Counted from the stretch's first letter, positions 23,346-37,343 are shown. The stretch: DNA of 64,000 nt from Octopus sinensis (GCF_006345805.1 NW_021834785.1:20995-84994), one strand, 5' to 3'. Numbers and translations: made by a program. Notes: a model not told the origin generated them from the sequence alone.

Positions 23346-24978
23346 ATAGTTTTGACGTTGTAACTGTTGTTCATTCATTCTCTGTTAACCAGTAGAAGTG
23401 AGTAATTGGCAATGTATTGACTTTTGGAACAGCTAACCACACCCTGGGATTTGTGAAGCCATATTGTTTTATCTTTCATTATTCACAACCATCGGAGCAC
23501 AGTTCGTGAGATGGTTGTGATCTGTAAACAGTTTTGAATAGGAACCGGAAAAAGACGAGTGAACACGCAATGTGCATGTGCACACTGAATTCGTAAAACG
23601 GAAGAGAAAAATAAAGACACAATGCGCATGTCAAAATAAAATGGAAGAAAAGAATTAAAATACAATGTCAAAAGTTATATGAAGGTCTGCATGCCACGGC
23701 TGACATCACAGTTACGCAGTTTTGCTGTAATTTTCTTGTTAAATATGTAACTTTACTATAAGAAAGTTTCAAAATTTCACGAACGTAACTAGCTTCAGAG
23801 GATGCTGGTTGGGTTAATAAGAAGACGATGCAACAAAATCCATAGTTACTTTCATTAAAACAACAAACGACATCTTTCATTTGCAATCACATCAACAACA
23901 ACAAGAATAATAATGATGTTTTCTTTTATTGCCATTTGAGCAACCCAAGAAGAGGACTACATGCCACAAATCAGTGGGGGTTAATTGCAGCTCGTTGCCT
24001 GGTCCTAAATTAAAGAAATATGTTTGTTGTTAGAATATACGGTTAGAATATTTATTAAAAATGGTTGGCATTAACGTATGAAATTAGCATCTCCACTCTC
24101 TTTCAGATATTTCCTATATTTTTACAGTTTATGGCAAATCAGTCGGAAAAATATATCAAAAGGAAAAGCAGTAGAAACCTTCATTTTAAAATTTTACAAA
24201 TGTTTCGCTTCTAAAGAATTGTTCTGAAGATCGATAATTTTAAAAACAAATAAAAAAAAATTCACCGAATAAACGATATTCGAAATTCCGATAATTTATT
24301 ATAAAATTTGAACTTATGCATTCGAATTAACCCCTCTTTATAACTTTCGTTAATTGGACACACATTTAATAAATACCTGTGAGGTGATCGAATCTATCAA
24401 TCCATCATTTTATTAATTGTGCATCGATATTCGTTTGTATGATCAGTTAGATTGGTTTGCGTTTCTGAATTCGCCTTGCCGTTGTTTTGTTTAAGTAACA
24501 TTAAGATTAATTACTGATTTGTGTGCGGAGTTTTTCATTACAACTCGTGTCCTCCTTCTCATCTTTCATCGCTGCCTCTCTCTGTCTCTCTCTTCATTCT
24601 TCTTCTCCTACTCTACTTCGTTATGCCAGCACCGTGGTGGAATTATTGTTTTACTGTACCATTCTCATACACAATTGAGATAATACATTCTATAGAATGT
24701 ATAAGTAATTTAATCAATGTATATTGAGACGAGCGGACAAGGCAAAGATGGCAAGATGCCTGAATTCGTACATGCATAATTATATCAATGTATACGTACA
24801 TGAATGTACTCATAGACACACAAACATGCACGCACATACATACTGCTACATATGCGCACACGTACACGCATATTGTATATATATTTTGTATATTATATAT
24901 ATGTAATATATATATACATATGTATATATTTTATTTGTACGTATAAAAATGTATACACATATACATATATTATATATA

Positions 24979-25024
<46 letters not shown>

Positions 25025-25200
25025 TTTTTATCTGTACGTATAAAGATGTATACAGACACATACATACATACATACATACATACATACATACATACATACA
25101 TACATACATACATACATACACATACATATATATATAGATATGTTTGTGTATATATATATATGATTATATATTTTTATTTTATATATACATAAATATGTAG

Positions 25201-25235
<35 letters not shown>

Positions 25236-26104
25236 CGTGTGTGTTTGTGTGTGTTTGTGTGTGTATATGGACACACATACACATGTACAAACATATGTAT
25301 CTATGTATTCACCTACACACAAACACAAATATATATGTTTATTATTTTGTAATAATATAGATTATTAGATATCGAATTCTCCCTACGTACACCTACGACC
25401 TGGACATTGATACTGGACTTTGATAAGGAATATTGTATTATCACAAAAGAATAATATACATATGCATACACATGCATACACGCGGGTGCGCACGCACACA
25501 TACGCTCACACTCACACACATACTCGCATACACACATATTAGCTGTATAGTAATTAAACGGTACACCGAAACACCTCCCCGGTCTGTAAGTAGACGGCGT
25601 GGTTAAGGCAAAGGTTTCACTGCAGCTAGTATGAAATAGAGGATCGACGAAATTTTATTTTCTATGAAAGTCTGTTCAGTATTTGCTTACTGTATCCTTT
25701 CTGTTGAAAGATTGCGATCACACTACGTATGGAAATATGATGAAAAACATGGAAGGCTTGATCAAATTTACATAAATGTATTTTAGTCTATTTTGTATAT
25801 GCTTAAGTATTTCCTATGCTGACGATATGATGGGGTAATTGGTTTGCTGGTAGTGCTTATTGAAATGTTCACAGCTGTCCGCTTATTTTCAGACATACTG
25901 TCTCTTCCTTAATGGTATGCATGTAGGTTTTGAGAACTTTTGATTCTTGAGATTATTTAGCCTCCTTATTTCGAATTGGTACCAATTGCTATTAAGCAAT
26001 TGGTCTACTCTTTAGATAAATCAAGCATTTATCTGCATAACATTTAATAATCTCTTGTTCGTTTTTGTTGTATATGTATGTACATATATTTATGTATATA
26101 AACA

Positions 26105-26200
26105 TATATATGTATGTATGAGTATGTATATATATGTATGTATGAGTATGTATATATATGTATGTATGAGTATGTATATATATGTATGTATGAGTATGTA
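26105..26200. repeat. 24-bp minisatellite, four copies (TATATATATGTATGTATGAGTATG)
   Basis: Direct reading; gives the ILIHTYIY repeat ORF. Confidence 0.9.
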
Positions 26201-26295
26201 TATATATATATATCTGTAAAATAATATGACAGATAAATTTCCTCTATTTACATAATATTGAGGTCTCTGTCTTTCTTTTGTTATCTTACCGTTTA

Positions 26296-26337
<42 letters not shown>

Positions 26338-26338
<1 letters not shown>

Positions 26339-26602
26339 GAGGTGCAATGGCCCAGTGGTTAGGGCAGTGGACTCGCGGTTTCCATTCCCAGACCTGGCGT
26401 TGTGAGTGTTTATTGAGCGAAAACACCTAAAGCTTCACGACTCCAGCAGGGGGTGGGGTGATCCCTGCTGTACTCTTTCGCCACAACTTTCTCTCACTCT
26501 TCCGTTGGCATGCTCGCTAAACCAGCGGGGTGGCATCATATGGAGGCTAAAACAATGTGAAGCGTATTGTGGCAACATCTAATAGCCTGGTCGGTCACGG
26601 TG
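26338..26602 (+). mobile_element. SINE-D with its own tail
   Basis: Head GGAGGTGCAATGGCCCAGTGGTTAGGGCAG, body shared with 10460-10745 and 46351-46578. Confidence 0.88.
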
Positions 26603-26634
<32 letters not shown>

Positions 26635-26756
26635 TGTTTATGGGAAACGTTTTGAATATTCAAATATAGCTCCTGTTCTATGTAGGATAAAAATAATAAC
26701 AATAACCGCGCGTAGCGATACATGAAATGTTTATGAATTCCATCCAAGGAATATTA

Positions 26757-26909
<153 letters not shown>

Positions 26910-26912
<3 letters not shown>

Positions 26913-27425
26913 TTGTTTGTTTGTGACGTTGTTAGCTAACTCCTACATCATTTTATTGATTTTGATGAAACTTGACACGTGAGTAGAATTTATGTCTGGA
27001 AACCTCGTGACATACTCAGATTGTTGAAAAACTCGATAATGCGGCCCCTGGAAGGGACCTTTATATCTACCTCGTATAACTAATCTTTTAAACACCCAAT
27101 GGAAATAACCCATAGCACCTGTACAATATTCTTTTAAACACTCAAGGGAAATAAACCAGTTCATTGTTTATGTTCGATTATTTTGAATGTTGATTTTTTG
27201 TGTGTCCTGTTTCTAATTTTTGCAGACAATATCACTTTTATAATTTATTTGACACGTGAGAAGAACTCTTGTCTGGAAACCTTGTGACATACTTACATTG
27301 TTGAAAAAAAATCGATAATGGGACCCTTCCAATGGATCCTTCAATCGACTACAAATCACTAATATTTTATTTAAACAACCCAAAGGAAATAACCCATACC
27401 ACCTGCAGATTTTAGCGAAGCGATC
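26910..27425 (-). mobile_element. HINE/DINE-1-like element with internal 277-bp tandem duplication
   Basis: GTTTGTTTGTGACG..GATTTTGATGAAACTTG end; GACACGTGAG..TCTGGAAACCT.GTGACATACT at 26974 and 27251. Confidence 0.55.
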
Positions 27426-27549
27426 AATATTTGATTCACACGATCAGCCAACCTAATTCTGAATTTCACTATTCATAGTTTTGAACTGCTAAACATTATT
27501 ATTGCACTTCCTTAATTTGAATCTTAAACTTTAAAGACTTCATTCATAC

Positions 27550-28059
27550 ATTTCTATACATACATCCTTTCTTGAATGTCCATTACTCCGATAATTCTGC
27601 ATTTTTACAGTTACACTTTTTCCATGACAATATTTTATTCCACAACGTATTTGCAGTGGCTTCATGCAGGCATAGCGTGGATTCGATCCTCGATTGTCAA
27701 ATTTCACTTAACACTTCAACAGCGCTTTTCTCACGGTAAAACAATAGTTTTTCTGTGAATGACAGCAGTTATACATTTTTCAGATGCCTTCGCTAAGCAG
27801 AATAATGTCTTTGTCTCTCGCCAATCTCCGACAACCTCTCTCACCAACCTCCGACAATCTTTCTCGCCAACCTCCGAAAACCTCTCTCACCAATCTCCAA
27901 CAATCTTTCCCGCCTCCAGCTGACAGTTTTTTGTACTTTTTCGTAGCGGAAAATACACCTTTTGTAGCAGTTGTAACGAAATTGCTTTCTTATATCATAG
28001 TAATAAGGCGTTTCAATAGAACATCTTTACCCCCGGGAATTACTGGGTACACCAGCTAG
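27550..28059 (+). mobile_element. Probable non-autonomous Helitron (3' end clear, 5' end uncertain)
   Basis: Degenerate hairpin CCCGGGAATTACTGGG then TACACCAG-CTAG|T at 28056-28060; same geometry as the Helitron at 47878. Confidence 0.5.
27813..27914. repeat. 23-bp minisatellite, ~4.5 units
   Basis: CTCTCTCACCAACCTCCGACAAT and variants. Confidence 0.9.
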
Positions 28060-28086
28060 TATATATATATATATATATTCATACGC

Positions 28087-28133
<47 letters not shown>

Positions 28134-28288
28134 ATAATATATATATATATTCATAAATGAGGGTGAAAAATTAGATATTAATTTAATAATAAATATTAAT
28201 TTAATAATACCGTCAGTTTAACACCAAGTGGCCTAGCACATAGAAACCAGGGAGACAGTACAAATTTATATATACGTTAACTCTCTTA

Positions 28289-28356
<68 letters not shown>

Positions 28357-28376
28357 ATATATATTATATCTATATA

Positions 28377-28463
<87 letters not shown>

Positions 28464-28490
28464 TTATATATATATATACACGTAGACGCA
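28060..28490. repeat. (TA)n-rich tracts
   Basis: Direct reading. Confidence 0.9.
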
Positions 28491-29648
28491 CAATTTTATA
28501 CATACTGCAGATACTAAAGGTGCGTGGTCTTGTCGTTAAGGTATTCGGCGTGTTTATGTATACAGCTTACTATCATAACAGTGACTAAGATACAGTAGAA
28601 ATACTGGCCGCGCCATCAAAATTGAGAGCACAACACATTAGAAACATTTAAGACAGAACCAATTACTAAACGAGGATGAACACAATAACCACAGGTTTCA
28701 TACCCTGGTGATTATAAATACATTCTATGCGTGTTATTTCTCGGTCCATTATCAGTTTAAGATATCGAAGTAAGGTTACATAAAGGGGAAGAAATTGCTA
28801 GATTATTTGTTCAACTGAGGGTTTTCTGGCGCCATTTGAAGCAGACAATAGTTTGTAAGTCCCTATAACTGAATGTATACACTAGTATTATCTTTATAAT
28901 CGAATATTGATGATGATGATGATGATGATGATAATGATGGTAGTAGTAGTAGTTGTGGTGGTAGTGGTGATAGTAGTGATGGTGATGATGATGATGATGA
29001 TGATGATAATACATTATTATATCTATATATGTGTCTATGAATGGATGCGTTGTGTGCGAATACTAACGCACTTTCACACGTGCATACGCACATAATAGCG
29101 CGCGCACACACACACATATACCCGCCTATTTTGCCAGTTCTTATAAATTGCTTAGATGCCACATACTCATACATGCGTGTAGACACATCTACATTTATAT
29201 ACTTCTATTCACGTTTATATACATACTGACGTATAAACATACCCAATCTTATTATATTCACACAGATATTCAGGTAGTAAAATATGCACACGCTCTGATG
29301 CACTGACGCATACACATCAATGTATAAAGTCATGCACCGCAATACATCTATCTTTATCATACGCACGTCTATAGATAGCATAAGGAAGAAAGAGAGAAAA
29401 TGTGAGCAGAGTATAGATTAATAGTTATAAAAAAGATAAATATACTGAAAGATAGGTTTCACCAATTTATATGTTAATACCAATTATTAAATCAATTTGC
29501 CGCAAGATTGTCTAACATTAAAAAAGTTAAAACACACAAATAAAAAGATGGGATAAAAAAAAAAACGAGGGAAAAGAAGTTAAAACCATAGTGTGATTAT
29601 CATAACCGTGATTGACGATGAATTAGACGAGAAAAATGGCGCCATTAC

Positions 29649-29880
29649 CGATCTGTGTCGTCTGCTGATAGAAGGGAGAGAAAAATGACTTAATGCGCCA
29701 TTGTGGTACCTGATGTTACAGTTCTTTGAAGATAGAAACTGAGAGAGAAATAATTTTGTACTTGGCGAGCGTTCACTGCTTATTTGTAAATATGTCTTAG
29801 CCATTTTAGTGGAAGGGTATGCAGTATTATGGAGATCGAATTCACGTCTCTGAGGAAACTTCCTAATGATGGTGCTGATA
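29649..29880 (-). CDS. Candidate host exon (unknown, Ser-rich)
   Basis: Frame open for ~100 codons (..RREFDLHNTAYPSTKMAKTYLQISSERSPSTKLFLSQ..RRHRS); donor TCG|GTAATG at 29648; possible acceptors TTTTTATCAG or TTTCCTCAG. Confidence 0.3.
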
Positions 29881-30001
29881 AAAATATTCCTTTATTTCTA
29901 TTAATAACACAAAACACGAAGCACAGAAAAATCCATTATTGCAACAATAGCTATACTATTTATGAAAATGTACGAAAATGTTTGTAATACATGTAAGTAT
30001 G

Positions 30002-30035
<34 letters not shown>

Positions 30036-30050
30036 TGTATGTATGTGTGC

Positions 30051-30085
<35 letters not shown>

Positions 30086-30832
30086 CAGAGAGAGAGAGAG
30101 AGAGAGAAAGACAGACAGAGACAAATGTATATATACATACATTTCTGTATATATGTGCACTTAAACATATGCATTTAATATATATATACATATATATATG
30201 TGCAAATGTGTGTGTGTGTATATATATATATATATACACACACACACATACAGCGCATAAATGTATACACGTGTGTTTATAGGAGCAGTATGGCTGAACG
30301 GTTGGAAAATATGCTTTTGCAGCACCTGTTCCCACTTCCACTCTCACTGCGTTATATCTTGGGCTAGTATCATTTTCTATACCCTTAAGTTGACCGATAC
30401 CGTGTGAGTGAAACTGGGAAAACTCCATAAAAGACCATTGAATAGGAGTTGAACATTTTACCTGTAGTCCAACAAACTTAATCATACTCTGTGTTGCGCT
30501 GATTCTACAAGGAAATTACACAAAGGATACACGTACCTGCAGAATGCTCAGTCACTTACACAGTAATTCATGAGATATCAGTTGACTGAACAACTGCATC
30601 CACATCATTGATCGAGGGGAATACACCAAAACAACCATTTCCACTGCCGCTAAGCATTTCGCCCGGCATTCGGGTCTGATAAAATAAAGTACCAGTCAAG
30701 TACTAGGGTCGACATAATCGAATAACTCAGCATTCCAAAAATATTTCTGATCTCGAGCCTAAATCATAAAGCTTTGGTTGTCCAATCATTCCGATTTAAT
30801 GAGACTGGACTAGTAGTTTATATGTATCGTAC

Positions 30833-31236
30833 CCTTTTACTCTTTTACTTGTTTCAGTCATTTGACTGCGGCCATGCTGGAGCACTGCCTTTAGTCGAGC
30901 AAATCGACCCCAGAACTTATTCTTTGTAAGCCTAGTACTTATTCTATCGGTCTCTTTCTGCCAAACCGCCAAGTTACGGGGATGTAAACACACCAGCATC
31001 GGTTGTCAAGCGATGTTAGGGGGACAACCGCAGACACACAAACACACACACTCACATATATATACATATACATATATACGACGGGCTTCTTTCAGTTTCC
31101 GTCTACCAAATCCACTCACAAGGCTTTGGTCATCCCGGGGCTATAGTAGAATACACTTGCTCAAGGTGCCACGCAATGGGACTGAACCCGGAACCGTGTG
31201 TTTGGTAAGCAAGCTACTTACCACACAGCCACTCCT
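30833..31236 (-). mobile_element. SINE-B, full length
   Basis: Reverse complement of the 8897 copy. Confidence 0.93.
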
Positions 31237-31458
31237 TGTGAAAATGGTTGCTTGTTGGACGAGGCTGAAAAGTTTAAGGACAAACACTTTCCTTTTCGGT
31301 CAAGCCTCCATCAAGCTCTACTTGAAAGAGAAAGTAAGGGTGCAGAGGGAAGCAATTACTTTCAGCGAATTTTGTTAAAAAGTGTCTTGGGGCTGCGGCA
31401 AAAATGCTTATGGTGAAGGAATTTCTTTAAGCGTAACAGCAAAAATACTTTATTCTAG

Positions 31459-31699
31459 TCTTTTACTTGTTTCAGTCATATGATTGTGACCATACTGGAG
31501 CACCGCTTTTAGTCGAACAAATCGACCCCAGGACTTATTCTTTGTAAGCCTCGTACTTATTCTATCGGTCCCTTTTACCGAACCGCTAAGTTACGGGGAC
31601 GTAAAAACACTAGTATCGGTTGTCAAGCGATGTTGGTGGGGGACAAAAACAGACACACAAACACACACACACACACACACACACGCGCGCGCACACAGT

Positions 31700-31731
<32 letters not shown>

Positions 31732-31872
31732 CATATATACGATGGGCTTCTTTCAGTTTCCGTCTACCAAATCCACTCACAAGGCTTTGGTCAGCCCGAA
31801 GCTATAGTAGAAGACACTTGCCCAAGGTGCCACGCAGTGGGAATGAACCCGGGACCGTGTGGGTCGTAAGCA
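31459..31872 (-). mobile_element. SINE-B, head slightly truncated
   Basis: As above. Confidence 0.92.
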
Positions 31873-32279
31873 AATGTTACCATATTTTTATATATCGTGT
31901 ATTTTTGTATATCGTCTTCCTCTAATTTCTCCCCACCTTATTCTTTTTACCCCACCCATTTTATGTAACCTGTCTTCGTAATGTCCTCCACAGCTGATGC
32001 TCCTATGGCGAATAAAAGAAATCATCATTATCATCATCATCATCATCATCATCGTCGTCGTCGTCGTCGTTGTCGTGGTAGTGATAGTGGTGGTGATGGT
32101 GGTGGTTTCTCTTTTTATGTGCAATCACCTAAGATATACGTTATCTGTCTCACCCACCGTATATCTCTAGACATGTTGCAATGATGTCAGAAACATCGTT
32201 GTCAGATGTCAAACAGCTTTCTTCAGCCATCTTTAAAAGGTTTCTCTAAATCTGATAATTTAAAACGGGTTCTTTGCCG

Positions 32280-32592
32280 TTACTGTTGTTGTTGTTGTTG
32301 TTGTTGTTGTTACTGCCGCTGTTGCATTCGCTGTAGTTAATTTTCTTGTTCTTGTTGCTGCTATTTCTGTTCTTCGTGTTGCCTTTGTTTTATTGTTGTT
32401 GTAGTTGTTGCAGATTATATTACTACTGTTTGTTACTGATAATTTTGTTGCAGTTATTTTTACCATTCTTGTGATTGTTGCTGCTGCTACTGCTACTGCT
32501 GCTGTTGCTCTTTTTGTAGTTATTGAAGTTGTTGATGTTGCTGCTGCTGTTACTACTACTGCTGCTGTAAATATTGTTGTTGTTGTTGTTGT
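32280..32592. repeat. Cryptic (GTT/GCT/ACT) trinucleotide mosaic
   Basis: Direct reading. Confidence 0.85.
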
Positions 32593-33015
32593 GTTTATAC
32601 AACTATACAATCAATGGGTATTTATTATGGCTTGTTTCCATAATCTTATATATTTAGTATTTTTATATCTACCTAAATTTCTCAAAATTTCTCACCAACT
32701 TATTACCTTTACTCTCTGACTCTTCCTTTCTCTCTCTCTCTCTTCTTCCTCTCTTTCTTTTCTTAATCCATATACCATTTACCCTCAATAATTTTCCCGT
32801 ATATATATATATCCCTCTTCCCTCATCTCACTTCCCTCTCGCTATTTCCATTAGACACCATGAGCCAGCCACCATAGCCCACTTCCCCTCCTGCACTCTT
32901 ACGTTATATCACTTCTCAACCGCACCCTTTTATCTTACGCCCCCACTATCATAAACTATCACCCCCTCATCTACACCAACCTGACTATTTCTTCTTTACA
33001 CTGCCTCAAACACCT

Positions 33016-33330
33016 TATTCACCCTTCTTCTTCTTCTTCTTCTTCTTCTTCTTCTTCTTTTTCTTCTTCTTGTTCTTCTTGTTCTTCTTCTTCTTCTTCT
33101 TCTTCTTCTTCTTCTTCTTCTTTTTCTTCTTCTTGTTCTTCGTCTTCTTGTTCTTGTTCTTCTTGTTCTTGTTCTTGTTCTTCTTGTTCTTGTTCTTGTT
33201 CTTCTTGTTCTTGTTCTTCTTGTTCTTCTTGTCCTTCTTATCCTTCTTCTTTTTCTTCTTGTTCTTGTTCTTGTTCTTGTTCTTGTTCTTGTTCTTCTTT
33301 TTCTTCTCCTCCTCCTCCTCCTCCCCCTCC
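33016..33330. repeat. (TTC)n/(TTCTTG)n array within a pyrimidine-rich strand
   Basis: Direct reading. Confidence 0.95.
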
Positions 33331-33638
33331 TCTCTTTTCAAGCTCTTTCCCCCTCTCTCTTCTTAAGCCCTTCTCTCTATCTCTCACTCACCCTTCATCT
33401 CTTCCTTATTCTATATCGCCTCTCTCTGTCACTCTCCTTCTATCTCATCTTCTCTCATCCGTATTCATATTCTTAATATATCTTCCCCCTTCACCTTCAT
33501 ACCTCTCCTCTCCTGTACGCGTATTCTTGCTCAAAAGCTTTCCTCTCACTACATATCTCTTTCAATCTCACCTTACACATTTTTTCTCCGTCTCCTTCTA
33601 TATTATCCATTGCACCTAAGCCGTAGATATTTACTCTC

Positions 33639-33640
<2 letters not shown>

Positions 33641-33709
<69 letters not shown>

Positions 33710-33845
33710 GTCTGTCAGTTTGCCTGTCTGTCTGTCAGTTTGTCTGACTGTCTGTCTGTCTGTCCATGTATGTGTGTATGTATGTATGCATGTATGTATG
33801 TATGTATGTATGTATGTATGTATGTATGTATGTATGTATGTATGA

Positions 33846-33898
<53 letters not shown>

Positions 33899-33905
33899 AC
33901 TATCT
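33641..33905. repeat. Compound (ATCT)(GTCT)(ATGT)(ATCT) microsatellite
   Basis: Direct reading. Confidence 0.95.
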
Positions 33906-34659
33906 ATAATAATATATAGTAATATTCCCAATATATTTACATTATATTGGATCCGATATAGCTACTCCGTTTATTCCTCGTATAATTTATTTTGTCATTA
34001 CGACCTCTTCTGCCAACCATCCCCCCCCCAAAAAAAAACAATTGAGTGTCGGTAAGGTTAGAAGTGGGCGGTGCTAAAAGAAACTTTACGGTTTTCTTTC
34101 TTTCTTTCTTTCTTTCTTTCTCAATCTTGAAGTATCCTTAACACACACACACACAAACACACATCCACAATCCTTCTATCACCTTTTTCGTTCTATTTCT
34201 TTTTTTTTAAAGCAATTTTACAACTAAAATAGATAGAAATATATAAATAGAGAAATAATTGAAGAAAAAATAGATAGAAAGATAGACAGATAGCGAAAAA
34301 AAAAAAAGAGAACAAGAAGAATAGAACCTGATATGGAGATATATTTATATATCCCAGTGTGTTAAACGTAATTCCGTGTTTGCTTTTAAGAAATGGAAGC
34401 CCTTCAAATAACGCACGGCTTATGCGATACGTACAGGCTTAACTAAATGCACATACATATACAGGAGATACACGCACAAAATCACACACACAGAGAAGTA
34501 ATACACATAAGCACACGTACTTCTATTCAGTAATATGGACGTTAATCTAACAACGAGCATTATCCCTCGATTCAATTCTCTCGTTGAACTTCTATTTTCA
34601 ATAAATATATCATACATATATGCTACTTCATTTTAGCTACATGTGACACCATGTGTTGC

Positions 34660-34900
<241 letters not shown>

Positions 34901-35240
34901 ATATATTATATGTACATATTACATACGTATACATACATATTTTGTCAATGAAAAATTTCTTACGCTCTGCCCCTTTATGTACAAATGCCAGAAAGAGTCG
35001 CTCAGTATCTAAGATAGATTCAGTAGAAATAGAAAGAAACCGAAAGTAATTCAAACAATTTACAACGCCATTACACTGAGTTTTGCGTTAACGCTTTTAC
35101 ATTGCATTAAGGTTTGTATAAAATCTTACCTAGGTCTTATGCATTTAACTATCATGAGGCTTAAAGTATGTATGTGTGTGTTTGTGTGCATGTGTACATA
35201 TATATATACATGTAATATATATAATATATATATATATTAT

Positions 35241-35275
<35 letters not shown>

Positions 35276-35315
35276 GCATATACATATATATATAATATAT
35301 TTTTTATATATATAT

Positions 35316-35467
35316 AGGGAGAGTTTACGAAAAACACAAAAGACGAAGACAGGTGGTGTACAAAACAAACAGATGTATTAGTATAACGCTCAGGAATAGA
35401 AAAAAGTCTTTTACGTTTCGAGCCTACACTCTTCTACAGAAAAGGACACAGAAAAAACAAGGAAAGA

Positions 35468-35470
<3 letters not shown>
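35316..35470 (-). mobile_element. PLE terminal-repeat-like unit P2 with variant HHR
   Basis: Minus strand TCCTTTT-CTGTAGA-A-GAGT(GTAG)GCTC-GAAAC-GTA-AAAG at 35406-35446. Confidence 0.6.
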
Positions 35471-35506
<36 letters not shown>

Positions 35507-36214
35507 ATATTAGGATTCAGTTGAATGAGGTACTTAAAACTAAGGCACCGGGTTGGGTCAGAATTAAAATGCATACACACCAATTATAGACGAATACCAA
35601 CTTCGGTGCAGAAGTACTGGCGGAAGGATATTCAGGTTATGTATGCAATTAACTGAATCCGACTGAGGTTATCATCATCCCCTGGACTAATTCAGAAACG
35701 CATATTTTGTTAAATATACGGTCCATAAAGTACCTTGGTACACGCGAAGTGCACGTTCCGAGAGGCTGAATTATAAATAAAGAAATAACAAATGATGGAT
35801 AGGTACCAATTCATCACAACCGTTTCTAAAGAATTTTAAAAATTGATCACTGAGTACATTATATCATTATGAGAAAACCATTTTCTTCAGATGAATACAA
35901 ATTTTACAGCTAAGAACATTTCAGAAAATTCAAAATCCATATTTGGTGATTCCACGATTGACGCTTGTCGTAGAATAAGCTTGCTAAACCAAAACAAAGC
36001 AAATTCAAGTGGTTTAGTAGGAGGGGACATCATTATGACATATATCTTAAATACACCCCTTTCATTTAATCGACTGTCCTTGTGTGCCAAGATGTAATGT
36101 TCATACGTAGTACAGTAAAGTCCATCCCCCCCACTAACTGTTGTCCTCTAAAGACATAAATAGTGGTACACTTGCAGGGGTGCACTGCTGTTACATGAAC
36201 AATATCTCAAACTT

Positions 36215-36418
36215 CACAAACCGGTTTCAAAATTTGGCACAAGGCAAGCAGTTTCGAGAGAGGGGCTAAGTTGATTAAATCGACCCCAATGTTCAACTGG
36301 TGCTAAAAAATGAAAGTCAAAGTCGACCCCAGCGGTATTTGAACTCAGAACGTAAAGACGGACGAAATACCATAAAGTATTATGCCCGAGTTGCTGACGA
36401 TTAAGTCAGCTCACCGTC
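36215..36418 (-). mobile_element. SINE-A, diverged, tail 2
   Basis: AAAGTCGACCCCAGCGGTATTTGAACTCAGAACGTAAAGACGGACGAAATACC core. Confidence 0.82.
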
Positions 36419-36579
36419 ATTTGATTCTACATATTACACTCATACCACCACACACATTATATAATTCTCTCATATCTACTCCCGCCATCTGATGCAGCGG
36501 GTTGGGGACAACATTAAGAGGGATAATGAAAAACAATGTATATGTATATATACGCAGGCCCACACACACATAATATGTT

Positions 36580-36671
<92 letters not shown>

Positions 36672-37343
36672 CACACAAACATATTATGTGTGTGTGTGTG
36701 TGTGTGTGCGTGTGTGTGTGTGTGTGTTTGTCAGTCTGTGGATGTCGGAACCAGAATGAAACCTTCCACTTCTTCCAATAGATCTTTATTTCAAAACGTA
36801 TTTGGTAGGTTCTCTCTTTCCAAGATGTAGTGGTGCGTATGTGTGTGAGTGTGTGGGCCTGCGTGTACACACACAAACACACACACATGCACACACACAC
36901 ACACACTGACGCACACGTACATGCACTTTGCACACATACACGCTCACACAGAGGTCATCTCTTAAACGTCACTGATATATTTTTAGGAAAGTTCGTCTTC
37001 AAGAGAAACGATGAGAAGCGAAACCAATTTCACCATAGTGACGCTATTTACGAGATTTTTAGGTGACTTAATATAGATGAAACATTCTCTGCTTTTGAAG
37101 TGATTCATTTGCATCTCTTAAATCCAATTTTCTTATTTACTTTACCTTGTAAATTATATTTTTAAAGTACTGTCGTACTTTAAATTAGATAAATGCCCAT
37201 AAAATAGATATAAAAAAATTATAACCTAGGGGATGAAACTCAGTGACGCATATTCTGTTTCTGCATTATTTAATTTTACTTTTGTTCAGGTATTTTTAAA
37301 ATGATCAAAATATTATTTTATATATGTGTCTTATATTGTATGT

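Noticed and set aside
24224-24290. CTGAAGA..CGAAA as a hammerhead
   Set aside because: Stem II cannot close next to GAAA and there is no valid stem III or cleavage triplet.
24683-24702. Perfect 20-bp palindrome ATACATTCTATAGAATGTAT
   Set aside because: AT-rich, isolated, no second copy or context; plausible by chance.
25819-25875. CTGACGA..GAAATGTT as a hammerhead
   Set aside because: Stems I and II pair too weakly.
33015-33366. Poly-Lys/Asn and poly-Phe ORFs
   Set aside because: Translation of the TTC/TTG array.
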